Origin: an uncultured Bacteroidota bacterium
GTDB lineage: Bacteria; Bacteroidota; Bacteroidia; Bacteroidales; GCA-2748055
Length of the DNA stretch: 64,000 nt
NCBI GenBank assembly: GCA_963747365.1
Contig: CAVVFB010000006.1
Span: 148,040 to 212,039 of the forward strand
Reading direction: 5' to 3'
Positions 8,548 through 20,000 of the stretch are shown one piece after another. A program made the translations under genes and the position numbers. The stretch's first letter is position 1. Each line of letters begins with the position of its first letter. Under the pieces are notes generated by a model. That model was not told the origin of the DNA. It did not search any database and saw only the letters and a list, made by a program, of their open reading frames with translations.

Positions 8548-9618
8548 TTAATCCACCACCTTTACGGGAGCCCCATTTTCCAGGTGGCTCTGGCCGGCAA
8601 TGATCAGCTGTTCCCCTCCTTTAATTTCGGGAGAAGCGATCTCCAGCTGGTCGTCGATCCGGCTTGCGATTTGGATGACGACTTTTCGGGCTTTTCCGTT
8701 TTCATGAAGCATCACGTATCGCTCATTGGTTCCGGATTGCTGCAATACCGCGATGGCCGGCACAACAAGAGCCTCCTTTTTGCCCAGTTTCAGGGTTACC
8801 CGCGCAAACATGCCCGGTGCAAGATTCTCCTTATTGTTTGGAACTTTTACCTCAATGGTGAAGGTCCGGGTAGCGGCACTGATGGTGGGGTGAATTCTGA
8901 AAACGGTTCCATTGAAGGTTTCACCGGGGTAGACATCCGTGGTTATGGTGGCTGTCATTCCCTCTTTGATCAGGGGAAGATCCTTTTCACTCAGGTTAAC
9001 CATCAGTTTGACGGGGTCCACCTGGATCATCGAAACCAGCGCGGCCTTTCCCGCAGGGGTGTTGGGTGCCGGGGAGAAGAGCTCCCCGTCGTTGTAATAT
9101 TTACCGGTGATGATCCCGGAATAGGGCGCCCGAAGCAGGGTGTTCTCCTTCAGGTTTTCGAGGATCAGTTCAGTGGTTTCCACCTGTGCCTTCATCTGGT
9201 CATACGATTGCTGGGTCACCGATCCGTATTTCAGAAGGGTGTCCATGCGGACCAGGTCGGTCTTCAGGGTCTGATACTGGAGCTGGGTCTGGTCCAGCTG
9301 GGTCCTGTCCATCTCCACCAGCAGGTCCCCCTTATTAACGTGGTCGTTCACATCAACCTTTACCGAGCGGATCCTTCCCGACAGTGCAGGGGAGAGATAG
9401 GTCTCCTCGAAGGCGACAATGGTCGAAGTAATGTTTTGCGTGATGGCCGTCTCCCTGTAAGTCAGATCCATTACCTTCACCGGTTGTATCTTTATTTCAG
9501 GTGAAGCAGCCAGTGTTTCAGCTTCGGTAGGTTGCGTTTTGCAGGATGAAAGTGCAGCACCTGCGATTACGGTGAGCAGGAAGATCTTTATATTATTCAT
9601 TTTTGAAAAGGTTTTCAT
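8548..9618 (-). CDS. RND efflux periplasmic adaptor subunit (HlyD/MFP family), lipoprotein
   Basis: 356 aa. It has a signal peptide with lipobox LSSC, a lipoyl/barrel-sandwich region with a coiled-coil hairpin, and sits directly upstream of the pump. Confidence 0.9.
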   Translation of the reverse strand: MKTFSKMNNIKIFLLTVIAGAALSSCKTQPTEAETLAASPEIKIQPVKVMDLTYRETAITQNITSTIVAFEETYLSPALSGRIRSVKVDVNDHVNKGDLLVEMDRTQLDQTQLQYQTLKTDLVRMDTLLKYGSVTQQSYDQMKAQVETTELILENLKENTLLRAPYSGIITGKYYNDGELFSPAPNTPAGKAALVSMIQVDPVKLMVNLSEKDLPLIKEGMTATITTDVYPGETFNGTVFRIHPTISAATRTFTIEVKVPNNKENLAPGMFARVTLKLGKKEALVVPAIAVLQQSGTNERYVMLHENGKARKVVIQIASRIDDQLEIASPEIKGGEQLIIAGQSHLENGAPVKVVD

Positions 9619-9647
9619 GTTCAGTATTGTTTCAAAATTGGGTTGGA

Positions 9648-11126
9648 CTATAGATTGTTCATTAATTTATCAAGCTGCAGTTTGGCATTCAGGACCTCCA
9701 TCATTGAGGTCATGTAATTGCTCTCAGCCTCCAGGTAGTTGCCGTTGGCCTGGGTAATGTCCAGGCTGTTGGCCATGCCCTGCTCAAACTTCCTGGTGAA
9801 GCTTTCATATACCCTCAGGGCTACCTCCCGGTTCTCCTTCTGGGTTGCATAGTTCTCAAGTGAACTCTGAAGGTTGTAACGGTACTGCTTTTCCTGCAGG
9901 TTCAGCTGGTCCTCCATGATGCTCAGGTTGTTCTGGGCCATGTCGTAATTGATCCTGGCCTGGTCGACCCGTGCCTTTCTCATCCCGCTGGAAAAGATGG
10001 GCACCGCCATGGATAACCCGGCCAGGTGGTTGGGATTCATATCGAAATTGGTCCTTCGGATCTTTGCATTGTAATTATAGAATCCGGCCACAGAAGGAGC
10101 GTAGTTCCATTTTTCCATCGACAACAGTTTCCCGTTGATCTCCTCCTGGGTTTTCATCAGCTGGTATCCAATATTGTTTTCCAGGATAAAAGGGGCCACC
10201 AGCACAGATTCAGGCTCTTCACTCTGAAAAAGAGCTTCCAGCTCGTCGGTGAGCCGGACATCTGTCTGGGCATCAACCCCCAGTTGAAAGCGCATCAGGT
10301 TATAGTTGAGCTCCAGGTTCCTGTTTAGTGAGTTCACCGAATTCTGAAGCTGGTTGACGGTGATCCGGATCTGGTCCACATCGGTCTGCTCGGCCATGCC
10401 GGTCCTGTACATGGTTTCGGTCATCCGGAGGGTCTCCTCAAGGTTCTCCAGGTTTCTTTTAAGGATATCAAGCGACTCCTCGGTGATCAGCACCAGGTAA
10501 TAAGAGGTGATCACCGACTCCTTGATTCCCAGCTCATTGAACTGGTAATTCTGCTCTGAAATCAGATTTGCCAGTTTGGCGGTCTGGATTCCGATGATGT
10601 ACTGTCCGCTGAAGATCAGCTGCGAGACCTGCAGCTTGGCTGTGGATGCATCATTGAGCAGAATGGTGGAGGGGGGCAGCATACCCTGAAGTACGCCCTC
10701 ATAGTAGGAACCTGCACTGTAGTTGTAAATATCCTGCTGGGTAACCCCGGGGAAAAGGGCGGAAGTCTGGTTCCAGGCTTCCTGTAACTGGTCGGGTGTA
10801 AATGATGGGGCCTCCCCGCCCATTCCAAAGTTGAACTCCATTTCGTAATTGAAGTAGGTCATATAGTCGACGGCTCCATCCACCTGAGGCAGTCCCTGTG
10901 AAATGGATTCCCAAACGGTGGCTTTGGAGCGCTGCACCTCCATCCTCGCATTTTGAAGGTTTTTGTTATAGGTGATGGCATGGTCGATGGCTCCCTGTAG
11001 GTTCAGGACAAGCGCTTCTTCAGGTTCCGGCGGAATTCCTGCCGAGGATACCTGACTCATTACCGGGGCCATTGTCACGCCCGCCAGGATCAGGGTCAAA
11101 ATAAATTGTTTCATCTTGGTTCTCAT
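9648..11126 (-). CDS. TolC family outer membrane efflux protein
   Basis: 492 aa with a signal peptide and the two tandem OEP-type repeats. It lies in the operon with the adaptor and pump. Confidence 0.9.
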   Translation of the reverse strand: MRTKMKQFILTLILAGVTMAPVMSQVSSAGIPPEPEEALVLNLQGAIDHAITYNKNLQNARMEVQRSKATVWESISQGLPQVDGAVDYMTYFNYEMEFNFGMGGEAPSFTPDQLQEAWNQTSALFPGVTQQDIYNYSAGSYYEGVLQGMLPPSTILLNDASTAKLQVSQLIFSGQYIIGIQTAKLANLISEQNYQFNELGIKESVITSYYLVLITEESLDILKRNLENLEETLRMTETMYRTGMAEQTDVDQIRITVNQLQNSVNSLNRNLELNYNLMRFQLGVDAQTDVRLTDELEALFQSEEPESVLVAPFILENNIGYQLMKTQEEINGKLLSMEKWNYAPSVAGFYNYNAKIRRTNFDMNPNHLAGLSMAVPIFSSGMRKARVDQARINYDMAQNNLSIMEDQLNLQEKQYRYNLQSSLENYATQKENREVALRVYESFTRKFEQGMANSLDITQANGNYLEAESNYMTSMMEVLNAKLQLDKLMNNL

Positions 11127-11147
11127 ATCTGTAATATTACTTCTTGC

Positions 11148-11759
11148 TTATTCATCCAGAATGGTTTTACAATCCTCCAGGAGTTTCTGGCCCTTCACTG
11201 TGGAGATACCCCTGAAAAAAGGGATAATGATGTGGTTGAACATATCTTTCCGGTTATACCCGGACTCCACAAGGTTACTGTCCTGACCAAACAGGTCAAA
11301 GAGCGCATGCAGGGCACGGTTGACAATCCCGATGTTGAGATCATCCCTGAATACTTTCTGCTGAACCCCCGTTTCAATCAGTTTCCCGGTAAGGGATAAA
11401 TCGCGGATATTGCCAGGCTGGAAAATCTCCCTGAACACCTTTGGGTGGTATTTTTTGAAATCAATGTAGAAGCTGGGATTCATTTGCATCATCTGACCGA
11501 TTGTCATCTTCATAATCCGGAAGAGCGCTTCAATGGCATTGTCAGATTGATCCATCAGCCTGTGAGCCTCCTCTTCAGTCTGGGTTTTGTAATACCTGAT
11601 CACCTCCAGAAGCAGCGTATCCTTATCTTTGAAGCGTTCATAAATGGTCCGCTTTGATATCCCCATCTCCTCGGCAAGGGCATCCATGGTCATGCTCCGG
11701 ATGCCGTACTTTCCAAAAAGTTGTCCCGATTCAATTAAAATGCGCTCTCTGACTTCCAC
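11148..11759 (-). CDS. TetR/AcrR family transcriptional regulator
   Basis: 203 aa. N-terminal HTH (FGKYGIRSMTMDALAEEMGISKRTIYERFKDKD). It is the first gene of the efflux operon. Confidence 0.92.
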   Translation of the reverse strand: MEVRERILIESGQLFGKYGIRSMTMDALAEEMGISKRTIYERFKDKDTLLLEVIRYYKTQTEEEAHRLMDQSDNAIEALFRIMKMTIGQMMQMNPSFYIDFKKYHPKVFREIFQPGNIRDLSLTGKLIETGVQQKVFRDDLNIGIVNRALHALFDLFGQDSNLVESGYNRKDMFNHIIIPFFRGISTVKGQKLLEDCKTILDE

Positions 11760-11787
11760 AGGGTTTCAAATTTTCCGCAAGTATAAG

Positions 11788-11813
11788 AAAACTATTTTAG
11801 TTTTATTAGTTTT
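11788..11813. promoter_or_regulatory. Candidate TetR operator: inverted repeat AAAACTA-TTT-TAGTTTT plus a third TAGTTTT half-site
   Basis: Perfect 7-bp arms lie at 11788-11794 and 11798-11804. A direct repeat of TAGTTTT lies at 11807-11813. The site is 30-55 nt upstream of the TetR start. Confidence 0.45.
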
Positions 11814-11889
11814 CAATATTAAATTATGGTAAAATTCGGTGAACGGGATTTCCGGACCGGTGAAACCATTCTGCCGTCCCTTTTTTTAC

Positions 11890-11897
11890 TATTTTTG
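11890..11897 (+). promoter_or_regulatory. Candidate -7 box (TATTTTTG) for valS
   Basis: TAnnTTTG match 12 nt upstream of ATG 11909 and 24 nt upstream of ATG 11921. Confidence 0.4.
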
Positions 11898-11908
11898 CGG
11901 GACTTAAA

Positions 11909-14560
11909 ATGGAGTTAACAATGAACATTCCCCCGAAATATGATCCGGCCAGCGTGGAGGACAAGTGGTATGCCTACTGGATGGAGCATCAGTTTTTTAA
12001 AAGCACCCCTGATGAGCGGGAACCTTACTGTATCGTTATTCCCCCACCCAATGTTACCGGTGTGCTGCACATGGGTCATATGCTCAACAATACGCTCCAG
12101 GATGTTTTAATCCGGCGCGCCCGCATGATGGGGAAAAATGCGCTCTGGGTACCGGGGACCGACCATGCTTCCATTGCCACCGAGGCCAGGGTAGTAAATA
12201 AACTGGCTGAACAGGGGATCAAAAAATCAGATCTGACCCGGGAGGAGTTCCTGGAGCATGCCTGGGACTGGACCCATAAACACGGAGGGATCATACTGGA
12301 ACAGTTAAAGAAGCTGGGGGCCTCCTGCGACTGGGACCGCACCTGCTTCACAATGGATGAGTCACTTTCGGAGAGTGTTATTCAGGTTTTCGTCGATCTC
12401 TACAGAAAAGGATTGATATACAGGGGTGTGAGGATGGTCAACTGGGATCCTCAGGCACTCACAGCCGTTTCGGATGAGGAGGTGAACTACAGGGAGGTAC
12501 AATCGAAGTTATATTATATAAAATACAGGGTTGAGGGGGAAAAGGAGTTTATCACCATTGCCACTACACGTCCGGAGACGATCCTGGGAGATACGGCGGT
12601 TTGTGTCCATCCCGAAGATGACAGGTTTTTCCGATTCCATGGGAAGAAAGTGCTGGTTCCACTGATAAACCGTCCGGTACCCGTTATTGTGGATGAGTAT
12701 GTGGATCGCGAGTTTGGTACTGGGGCGCTGAAGATCACCCCGGCGCACGATATTAATGACTATGAGCTTGGGATTAAACACAACCTGGATTCCATCGATA
12801 TTTTCAACGATGACGGAACCCTGAATGAAGCTGCGCAAATTCTGGTGGGTGTGGACCGGTTTGAGGCAAGAAAGCAAATTATCCCTGAGCTTGAATCTGC
12901 AGGAAACCTTGTAAAGGTGGAGGATTACATGAACAAGGTGGGTTTCAGCGAGCGAACTGATGCTGTGATTGAACCCAGGCTAAGCCTGCAGTGGTTCCTG
13001 GAGATGAAGAAGCTTGGCAATCCGGCACTGGACCATGTCATGAATGACGACATCAGGCTGCAGCCCTCCAAATTCAAGAATACCTACCGTCACTGGATGG
13101 AAAATGTGAAGGATTGGTGCATCTCACGGCAACTCTGGTGGGGGCATCGCATTCCTGCCTATTTTTATGGCGACGGCCATAACGATTATGTGGTGGCGGA
13201 AACCCTGGAGGAGGCGTTGAAACTTGCAGTGGAGAAAACAGGGAATCTTTCACTGAAGGTTACCGGTCTGAGACAGGATGAAGATGTCCTGGATACATGG
13301 TTTTCTTCATGGCTCTGGCCCATCTCGGTATTCGACGGAATCAGGTATCCTGATAATGAAGACATTAAGTACTACTATCCCACAAATGACCTGGTAACAG
13401 CCCCTGAGATTCTGTTTTTCTGGGTGGCAAGGATGATCATTGCCGGGTATGAATACAGGGGTGATAAGCCGTTTAATTCAGTCTATCTCACAGGAATTGT
13501 AAGGGATAGCAGGCGCAGGAAGATGTCCAAATCCCTGGGCAACTCACCCGATCCAATTGAGCTGATTAAAAAATACAGCGCCGACGGTGTGAGAGTAGGA
13601 ATGCTATTCTGTTCTCCGGCCGGTAACGACCTCCTGTTCGATGAGAGCCTGACCGAGCAGGGGAGAAATTTCAGCAATAAAATATGGAACGCTTTCAGGC
13701 TGATCAAAAGCTGGGAGGTGGATTCAGCAATTGGGCAGCCCGCTCATTCGGAAGTTGCTGTCAGGTGGTTTGATGCACAACTCGACCGCGCCTTTGAAGA
13801 GGTGGACCGCCAATTCGGGAAGTACAGGATCTCAGATGCACTGATGATCATTTACCGGCTCTTCTGGGAGGAGTTCAGCGGCTGGTATCTGGAGATCATT
13901 AAACCGGCCTACCAGGCACCCATCGACAGGGTTACCTATGAACAGACGCTCGTTTTTGTGGACCGCCTTCTTCACCTGCTTCATCCTTTCATGCCCTTTA
14001 TTACCGAGGAGATATGGCAACTTCTGAAAGAGAGGCGAAAGGGTGAGAGCCTGATGGTTTCACCCATGCCGGCCCTGTCGGGTGCGGACAGGATGGTGAT
14101 CGGACGCTTCGAGGATGTAAAGGAGGTGATCACCCAGGTCAGAAGCATCCGTAAGGAGAAGAGTATTGCACAAAGGGAGACCGTTGAATTGCTTGTAAGG
14201 CCCTCCGGAAATTCGGTCTATCACCACGATCTGGAGCCGGTAGTACTTAAACTTGCCAACCTGTCGTCGGTACATCAGGTTGAAGAGGATCCCGGTGATA
14301 CCGTCGCTTTTATCGTGAAAAATGTGGAGTACTTTGTACCCATGGGGATGAATGTGAACCCCCTGGAGGAGCTGGCAAAACTCGAGGAAGAGCTTTCCTA
14401 CACAAGGGGGTTTCGGACCAGTGTACTGAAGAAGCTGGCAAACGAAAAGTTTGTGCAAAGCGCACCACAGCAGATCGTAGAGAAAGAGAGGCAGAAGTTG
14501 GCCGATGCAGAAGGTAAGATCGAGATGCTGGAGGCTCAGATTCAGAAACTTAAAGCATAG
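11909..14560 (+). CDS. valS: Valine--tRNA ligase
   Basis: 883 aa. It has the HIGH-type motif ([13 protein letters not shown]), KMSKS, and a C-terminal coiled coil. The start may instead be ATG 11921 (MNIPPKYDP). Confidence 0.97.
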   Translation: MELTMNIPPKYDPASVEDKWYAYWMEHQFFKSTPDEREPYCIVIPPPNVTGVLHMGHMLNNTLQDVLIRRARMMGKNALWVPGTDHASIATEARVVNKLAEQGIKKSDLTREEFLEHAWDWTHKHGGIILEQLKKLGASCDWDRTCFTMDESLSESVIQVFVDLYRKGLIYRGVRMVNWDPQALTAVSDEEVNYREVQSKLYYIKYRVEGEKEFITIATTRPETILGDTAVCVHPEDDRFFRFHGKKVLVPLINRPVPVIVDEYVDREFGTGALKITPAHDINDYELGIKHNLDSIDIFNDDGTLNEAAQILVGVDRFEARKQIIPELESAGNLVKVEDYMNKVGFSERTDAVIEPRLSLQWFLEMKKLGNPALDHVMNDDIRLQPSKFKNTYRHWMENVKDWCISRQLWWGHRIPAYFYGDGHNDYVVAETLEEALKLAVEKTGNLSLKVTGLRQDEDVLDTWFSSWLWPISVFDGIRYPDNEDIKYYYPTNDLVTAPEILFFWVARMIIAGYEYRGDKPFNSVYLTGIVRDSRRRKMSKSLGNSPDPIELIKKYSADGVRVGMLFCSPAGNDLLFDESLTEQGRNFSNKIWNAFRLIKSWEVDSAIGQPAHSEVAVRWFDAQLDRAFEEVDRQFGKYRISDALMIIYRLFWEEFSGWYLEIIKPAYQAPIDRVTYEQTLVFVDRLLHLLHPFMPFITEEIWQLLKERRKGESLMVSPMPALSGADRMVIGRFEDVKEVITQVRSIRKEKSIAQRETVELLVRPSGNSVYHHDLEPVVLKLANLSSVHQVEEDPGDTVAFIVKNVEYFVPMGMNVNPLEELAKLEEELSYTRGFRTSVLKKLANEKFVQSAPQQIVEKERQKLADAEGKIEMLEAQIQKLKA

Positions 14561-14572
14561 ATTTGCACGCTG

Positions 14573-15217
14573 CTATGGGGCTAATCTGACTCTATTCCAG
14601 CGATCCACTTTCTTTGTATATTCGATGCGGTCGTGGAGCCGGTTGAGACCACCCTGCCAGAATTCCATGCGGCAGGGAATGATGGCGTAACCTCCCCAGT
14701 AAGCCGGACGGGGAATTTCGTCAGGGTTTTTGTATCTCTTTCGGTACTTCGCAAACTCCTTTTCCAGGTACTCCCTGTTCGGAATTACCTCACTTTGTGG
14801 TGAGGCCCAGGCAGAAATTTTACTCTCGTATGGCCTTGAGCCGAAGTAGTGATCCGAATCCTGATCGTTGACAGGCATTGCATGGCCTGCGATTTTCACC
14901 TGACGCTCCAGTTCAGGCCAGAAAAAGTGGGCTGCGACCCTGTTGTTTGCTCTGATTTCCCTGGACTTTCGACTGTGATAATTGGTATAAAACACCAGGC
15001 TATCTTCTACAATTTTTTTTAGTAAAACGATCCGGGAAGAGGGCACCCCATTTCGTTCCACAGTTGACAGGGTCATTGCGGTAGGATCGGAATGATTGGA
15101 TTGAAGTGCCTGGTCCAGCCAGTCAGAAAAAAGCACCATGGGATCATCAGGCAGGTCAGATCTTTCCAGCCGGTCCCGGCCAAATTCACGACGTTCTTCT
15201 CCAAGATCCCTGTTCAT
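14573..15217 (-). CDS. pdxH: Pyridoxamine 5'-phosphate oxidase
   Basis: 214 aa. It has the typical C-terminal WGGY...P..(I/M)EFWQG...RLHDR..Y block. Confidence 0.9.
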   Translation of the reverse strand: MNRDLGEERREFGRDRLERSDLPDDPMVLFSDWLDQALQSNHSDPTAMTLSTVERNGVPSSRIVLLKKIVEDSLVFYTNYHSRKSREIRANNRVAAHFFWPELERQVKIAGHAMPVNDQDSDHYFGSRPYESKISAWASPQSEVIPNREYLEKEFAKYRKRYKNPDEIPRPAYWGGYAIIPCRMEFWQGGLNRLHDRIEYTKKVDRWNRVRLAP

Positions 15218-15230
15218 TGTATGATTCTTT

Positions 15231-16097
15231 TTAGAAATCTGCCTTCAGGCTCAAATCGAGGCTCCTTACCTGGTGGGTAAGGGCTCCCACCGAGATGTAA
15301 TCTACTCCGCATTCGGCATAATCCCGGATGGTATCACGGGTAATGCCTCCCGATGATTCGGTTTCGAGGCGCCCGTCAATCAGGGTCACTGCCTCACGGG
15401 TCATCCGGGTGGTGAAGTTGTCCAGCATAACCCGGTCGACATTCCCGATCCGAAGGACCTCCTCCACATCGCCAATGTTGCGGGCTTCTACCACAATCTG
15501 AAGGTTGAGTTTGTTTTTCTCAAGGTATTGAAGCGCTCCCCGGATGGCCTGCTCAATTCCTCCTGCAAAGTCGATGTGATTGTCTTTGATCAGGATCATA
15601 TCAAAGAGTCCGAACCGGTGGTTTCCACCCCCACCCAGTCTGACCGCCTCCTTTTCCAGCAGCCGGAATCCAGGGGTGGTTTTCCTCGTATCCAGGATCC
15701 TGGTCCCTGTTCCTTCAACCAGATGCACAAACTCCCTGGTGGATGTGGCAATCCCGCTCATCCGCTGCATGATGTTCAGAACAAGCCTTTCACATTGCAA
15801 TATGGTTTGGGCTCTCCCCGCCACTTCAAACACCCTGTCACCCACCGATATGGAATCCCCGTCGTCCATGAAAGCGGTCATTTTTACCTGTGGGTCAAAA
15901 CGGTTGAAAACCCTTCCGGCAACTGCAATTCCGGCGATAATTCCTTCCTGTTTTACATGCAGAATCGCCCTGCCCGTGGCCTCTGCCGGAATGGTGCTAA
16001 GGGTGGTGTGGTCACCCTCCCGGATATCTTCCTCAAACCACAGGTCGATATACCGGTCAAGGTCTTGGAGAGAGTTCATATTGTGACTCTTTTTCAA
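15231..16097 (-). CDS. nadC: Nicotinate-nucleotide pyrophosphorylase (carboxylating)
   Basis: 288 aa with the blocks LDTRKTTPG.R.LEK.AV..GGG.NHR..L.D..LIKDNH. The start may instead be ATG 16079. Confidence 0.9.
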   Translation of the reverse strand: MKKSHNMNSLQDLDRYIDLWFEEDIREGDHTTLSTIPAEATGRAILHVKQEGIIAGIAVAGRVFNRFDPQVKMTAFMDDGDSISVGDRVFEVAGRAQTILQCERLVLNIMQRMSGIATSTREFVHLVEGTGTRILDTRKTTPGFRLLEKEAVRLGGGGNHRFGLFDMILIKDNHIDFAGGIEQAIRGALQYLEKNKLNLQIVVEARNIGDVEEVLRIGNVDRVMLDNFTTRMTREAVTLIDGRLETESSGGITRDTIRDYAECGVDYISVGALTHQVRSLDLSLKADF

Positions 16098-16476
16098 TAC
16101 TCATGTAGTAAACAAGGCGCTTATCATTCATATTCATGAAAAAAATATTAACCCTGAAATTTCCTTTGGAAGTGGATAGATTGCCAATCGCATACCTGGA
16201 TTTCTCCTTCGTTCCCTCGAATGAAATGACGAATCCGGTGGGAGGATTTTCCAGGAAGAAATTTTCCATGATCCGGGTAGCCTGGTTTTTACTGGCCCTG
16301 TAATCCTTCTCCAGGATAGTCAGTTCGAGGCTTTCGTGGAAAAACTGTGCAACTTTTTCCGCATCACCGGCTTTCATTGCACTGGTAAGTTCAGCGGGAA
16401 CGGTTTGCGCTGTGACCGGCAGCAGGCAGCTGACACTGATCAAAATAATAGTTATGAACCTGTAATTTGCGGCCAT
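16057..16476 (-). CDS. DUF4783 domain protein (secreted)
   Basis: 139 aa with a signal peptide. The body matches my recollection of DUF4783, which commonly sits upstream of nadC in Bacteroidota. It overlaps the nadC 5' end by 23-41 nt. Confidence 0.6.
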   Translation of the reverse strand: MAANYRFITIILISVSCLLPVTAQTVPAELTSAMKAGDAEKVAQFFHESLELTILEKDYRASKNQATRIMENFFLENPPTGFVISFEGTKEKSRYAIGNLSTSKGNFRVNIFFMNMNDKRLVYYMSIEKESQYELSPRP

Positions 16477-16491
16477 TCTCCAATAATGAAT

Positions 16492-16499
16492 TATGTTTG
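16492..16499 (+). promoter_or_regulatory. Candidate -7 box (TATGTTTG) for rlmH and the sensor kinase
   Basis: TAnnTTTG match in the divergent spacer, 72 nt upstream of ATG 16571. Confidence 0.3.
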
Positions 16500-16570
16500 T
16501 ATTTCACTACAATAATCAGGCCAAGGGTCTGGTGGTTGCAAGATACAAAAAACCTCTTTAATCAGTGGTT

Positions 16571-17041
16571 ATGCGCATTACCCTTCTGCAGACAGGAAAG
16601 ACCAGGGACTCCTTCATCCTTGAGGGTGTGGAGGAGTTCCGAAAAAGAGTGGTCCGGTATGTCCCTTTTAAGATTGAAACGGTACCGGATTTGAAAAACA
16701 GCCGCAACATGAGTATGAAAGAGGTTCAGGAGAAGGAGGGTGCGATGATCCTGAAAAGAGTCAAAGCCGGTGACCATGTGATCCTGCTGGATGAGAGGGG
16801 AAAAGAGTACCATTCCATTGGCTTTGCCGAACATCTGAATCTGCTGGAGGGGAGGGTAAATCACCTGCTCTTTGTGATCGGCGGGCCATACGGATTTTCG
16901 GAGGAGGTATACAGGCGCTCCGACGAAAAGTTTTCTCTTTCGAGGCTTACATTTTCCCACCAGATGATCAGGCTGCTGTTTTTGGAGCAGATTTACCGGT
17001 CATTTACCATTCTAAAGGGAGAGCCTTATCATCACGAATAA
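16571..17041 (+). CDS. rlmH: 23S rRNA (pseudouridine1915-N3)-methyltransferase
   Basis: SPOUT fold and about 156 aa (MRITLLQTGKT...LDERGKE..S..FA......G...L.FVIGG.YG....V...........LS..TF.HQ). The ORF opens at GTG 16565. Confidence 0.9.
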   Translation: MRITLLQTGKTRDSFILEGVEEFRKRVVRYVPFKIETVPDLKNSRNMSMKEVQEKEGAMILKRVKAGDHVILLDERGKEYHSIGFAEHLNLLEGRVNHLLFVIGGPYGFSEEVYRRSDEKFSLSRLTFSHQMIRLLFLEQIYRSFTILKGEPYHHE

Positions 17042-17050
17042 ACCGAACCT

Positions 17051-20000
17051 ATGGAGCAGCCGGACAAAATAAAACAGCGTGACGGGAATCTTCAGAGGAA
17101 TCTTCTTTTCCTTGCAGCCCTTGGTTGCCTTGTCACCTGGTTGCTCTCCGCCGGAGGTACTGCAAAACAGCACGACTACGCCAGGGAGAAGGCTGATTTC
17201 GAAAGGGTTTTGCATAAAAAGGAGCAGTTTCTGAAGGAGGAGATTTCAAGACTGGAAATTGAATTCGAAAAGGATGATCCCCTGGAGGTGCTTGGCAGAA
17301 GGTCGTCACAATACCAGAAACTCTCAGTCAGAAAGGATATCGCCATCTTTTTTTATGATGGGAGAGAACTTAAATACTGGTCTGATCACGCTATCCCTAT
17401 CCATGAGAGGTGGAGTCCCAGGTTGAACAAACCGTTTCTTTCGCTCCGGAATGCAGATTATGTTACTGTGACCAGTCAGCAGGGAGAAAAAACTTTACTG
17501 GGACTGATCGAGGTCAGAAAACACTATCCGTTTCAGAACGAATTCCTGATCAACGGGTTTCAGAAAGATTTTAACCTGGATCCGGAGGTTACCATCGAGT
17601 TTCTGGAGGAGGAGGGCTGTCTCCCGGTATTAAACAGAGAGGGAGAATACCTCTTCTCACTTGATTTCAAAATGGTTCAACAGGATAAGCAGGAACCCGG
17701 CCAGGTGACCAGGATCGCATTCATAGGATTCCTGATATTTTTTTGGGCCGCATTGTTCATCATGGCCGACCGGGCTGCCGGTACCCGGAGATGGTTATGG
17801 GTTGCTGTAACAGCACTTCTGATTCCCTCGGGGACACTCCTTTTTCTTCATTTCGGTATTGCCTCTCTCTTTGAAAATGTAACGTTGTTCCAGCCCGATA
17901 TTTTTGCAAATCGATTATTTGCCTCCCTTGGACATCTGCTTGTGATCTCTGTTTCGGTTTTGGCTCTTGTGGCTCTCTTTTACAGGCAGAGAACCGTTGC
18001 AAAAAAAGGCAACCGAATCTCCTGCAGGGTTCTGTCCATCATGATCTTTCTGGTGGGGGCGCTCATGTTCCTGCTGGTGGAGCTGCTTCTGCGCAGCCTT
18101 GTTCTCGATTCGATGATCTCCCTGGAGCCTCAAAGGGTTATAACCCTGTCGACATTCAGCTTTGTGGCCCTCGCTGTGATCATGATGTGGTTTGCATCCA
18201 TTGGAATGGTAATGGACCGGGCCATTACGTGCGCCAACACTAAAACCTGGAGGGTCGCCCTGTACGGTATCGGAGCCATTTCAGTCACTTTTCTGCTGGC
18301 ATACCTGCTGCCATGGGAAAATGGTTCATGGAGTGGCTGGGCCGGGCTCACGCTGATTTTCCTTGGGCAACTTTTTATCCGCCATGGACATCCGGACCGT
18401 ATCCCTTTTTCCAGGTACATTTTCCTTTTGTTCTTTGTCTCCTTTTTCCTTGTGATTCGTTTTCAGGAATACAACCGGATCAAAGTGGACCGGCAGAAGG
18501 AGGTTGAACTGGTAAAACTCTCCACCGAGCATGATCCGGTAGCAGAGATGCTTTTCAGTGATATCAGCCAGGCCATCCGGAATGATTCCCTGCTGGCCCG
18601 ATACATGGATCCTTTCATAGAGATCGAGCCGCTGGTGGGTCACCTTAATCGTAACTATTTTTCCGGGTACCTGACAAAATATGAACTTCAGTTTACAGTT
18701 TGTCGTCCCGGTGACCGGGTCTACCTGGCTCCACCAGATGATGAATGGTATCACTGTTATACCTTTTTTGAAGAGATGATTCAGACCAAAGGAATTGAGG
18801 TGCCGGGCAGCGATTTCTATTTTCTGGATAACCTGAACGGCAGGATCTCTTACCTGGCAGTGATCCCTTACCTTCTGGCCGGGGAGGAACACCGCATATT
18901 TATTGAGCTGGATTCAAGAATTATCTCCGAAGAACTGGGATATCCGGAACTGCTGCTTGATGAGCGGTACAGCGACCTTACCAATCTGGATTTCTCTTAT
19001 GCCCGCTATAACAAGGGGATATTGATTACCCGTAACGGGGATTTTTCTTACCGGCGGTTGTCGGCTTTCTACACAAGTGGGGAGGAGACTTTCGAGAGGG
19101 TAACCATGGGGGGATGGGACCACAAAATTTACAATGTGGATAAGGATAATACAATCATCGTGGGCAGTCCCTCGGTAACTCTTGTTGACAACCTGATCTC
19201 CTTCTCCTACATCTTTGCCCTGAACTTCCTGATGCTGGCGATGATTTTTCTCCTGGTGGATGCCGGAAAAAAGAAACCTGGTTTTGACTGGAGCTTCAAG
19301 AACAGGATCCAGTACTCGATGGTGGGGACCCTCTTTCTCACCTTTGTCCTGATCTGTTCGGGAACGATCTACTTTATTGTTCAACAGTACAGGGATAAAA
19401 ACAACGACAGCCTTCGGAATACCATGCGATCGGTTTATATCGAACTTATTCACAAGGTGGAGTATGAGAAGGACCTCAGTAACTGGTCCTCCGACAGCTA
19501 TTATAACCTTGATGAGCTGCTGAGGAAATTCTCCAATGTATTCTATACGGACATTAACCTGTATGACCAAAACGGGGAGTTGCTGGCCACCTCCAGGGGG
19601 GAGATCTTCGAAAGTCAGCTGCTCAGCATGAAAATGAACCGGCTTGTCTATGAGGAGCTCTCGGGGGGCAGGGCATCTGAAATCATTCATCAGGAGCACA
19701 TAGGAGAGTTGAATTACATTTCGGCCTATGTACCCCTTTTAAATGGCGAGAACCAATTTCTGGCCTATCTGAATCTGCCATACTTTACCCAGTCGGGTGC
19801 CCTTACCAGGGATGTAACCAATATGGTAGTGGCTGTGATCAATATATACCTGATCCTTCTGCTTGTCATACTGGGGTTGAGTGTATTTCTGGCCGACCGG
19901 ATCACCCAACCTCTGAGGATGTTACAAAGCCGTATTGCCCGGATAAGTCTCAATGCAAAGAATGAGACGATCGTGTATCACCGGAGTGATGAAATCAGGG

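Noticed and set aside
8584-9504. A 306-aa ORF on the + strand, antisense to the RND adaptor gene.
   Set aside because: Its low-complexity Gly/Arg/His-rich translation is typical of a shadow ORF opposite a real gene. The minus-strand product has clear adaptor features. The same reasoning applies to 6822-7568 and 5905-6330 inside the pump gene.
18326-19699. Two long minus-strand ORFs (188 and 261 aa), antisense to the sensor kinase gene.
   Set aside because: They have no start context, no motifs and odd composition. The + strand encodes a continuous 1236-aa protein with a canonical kinase core.
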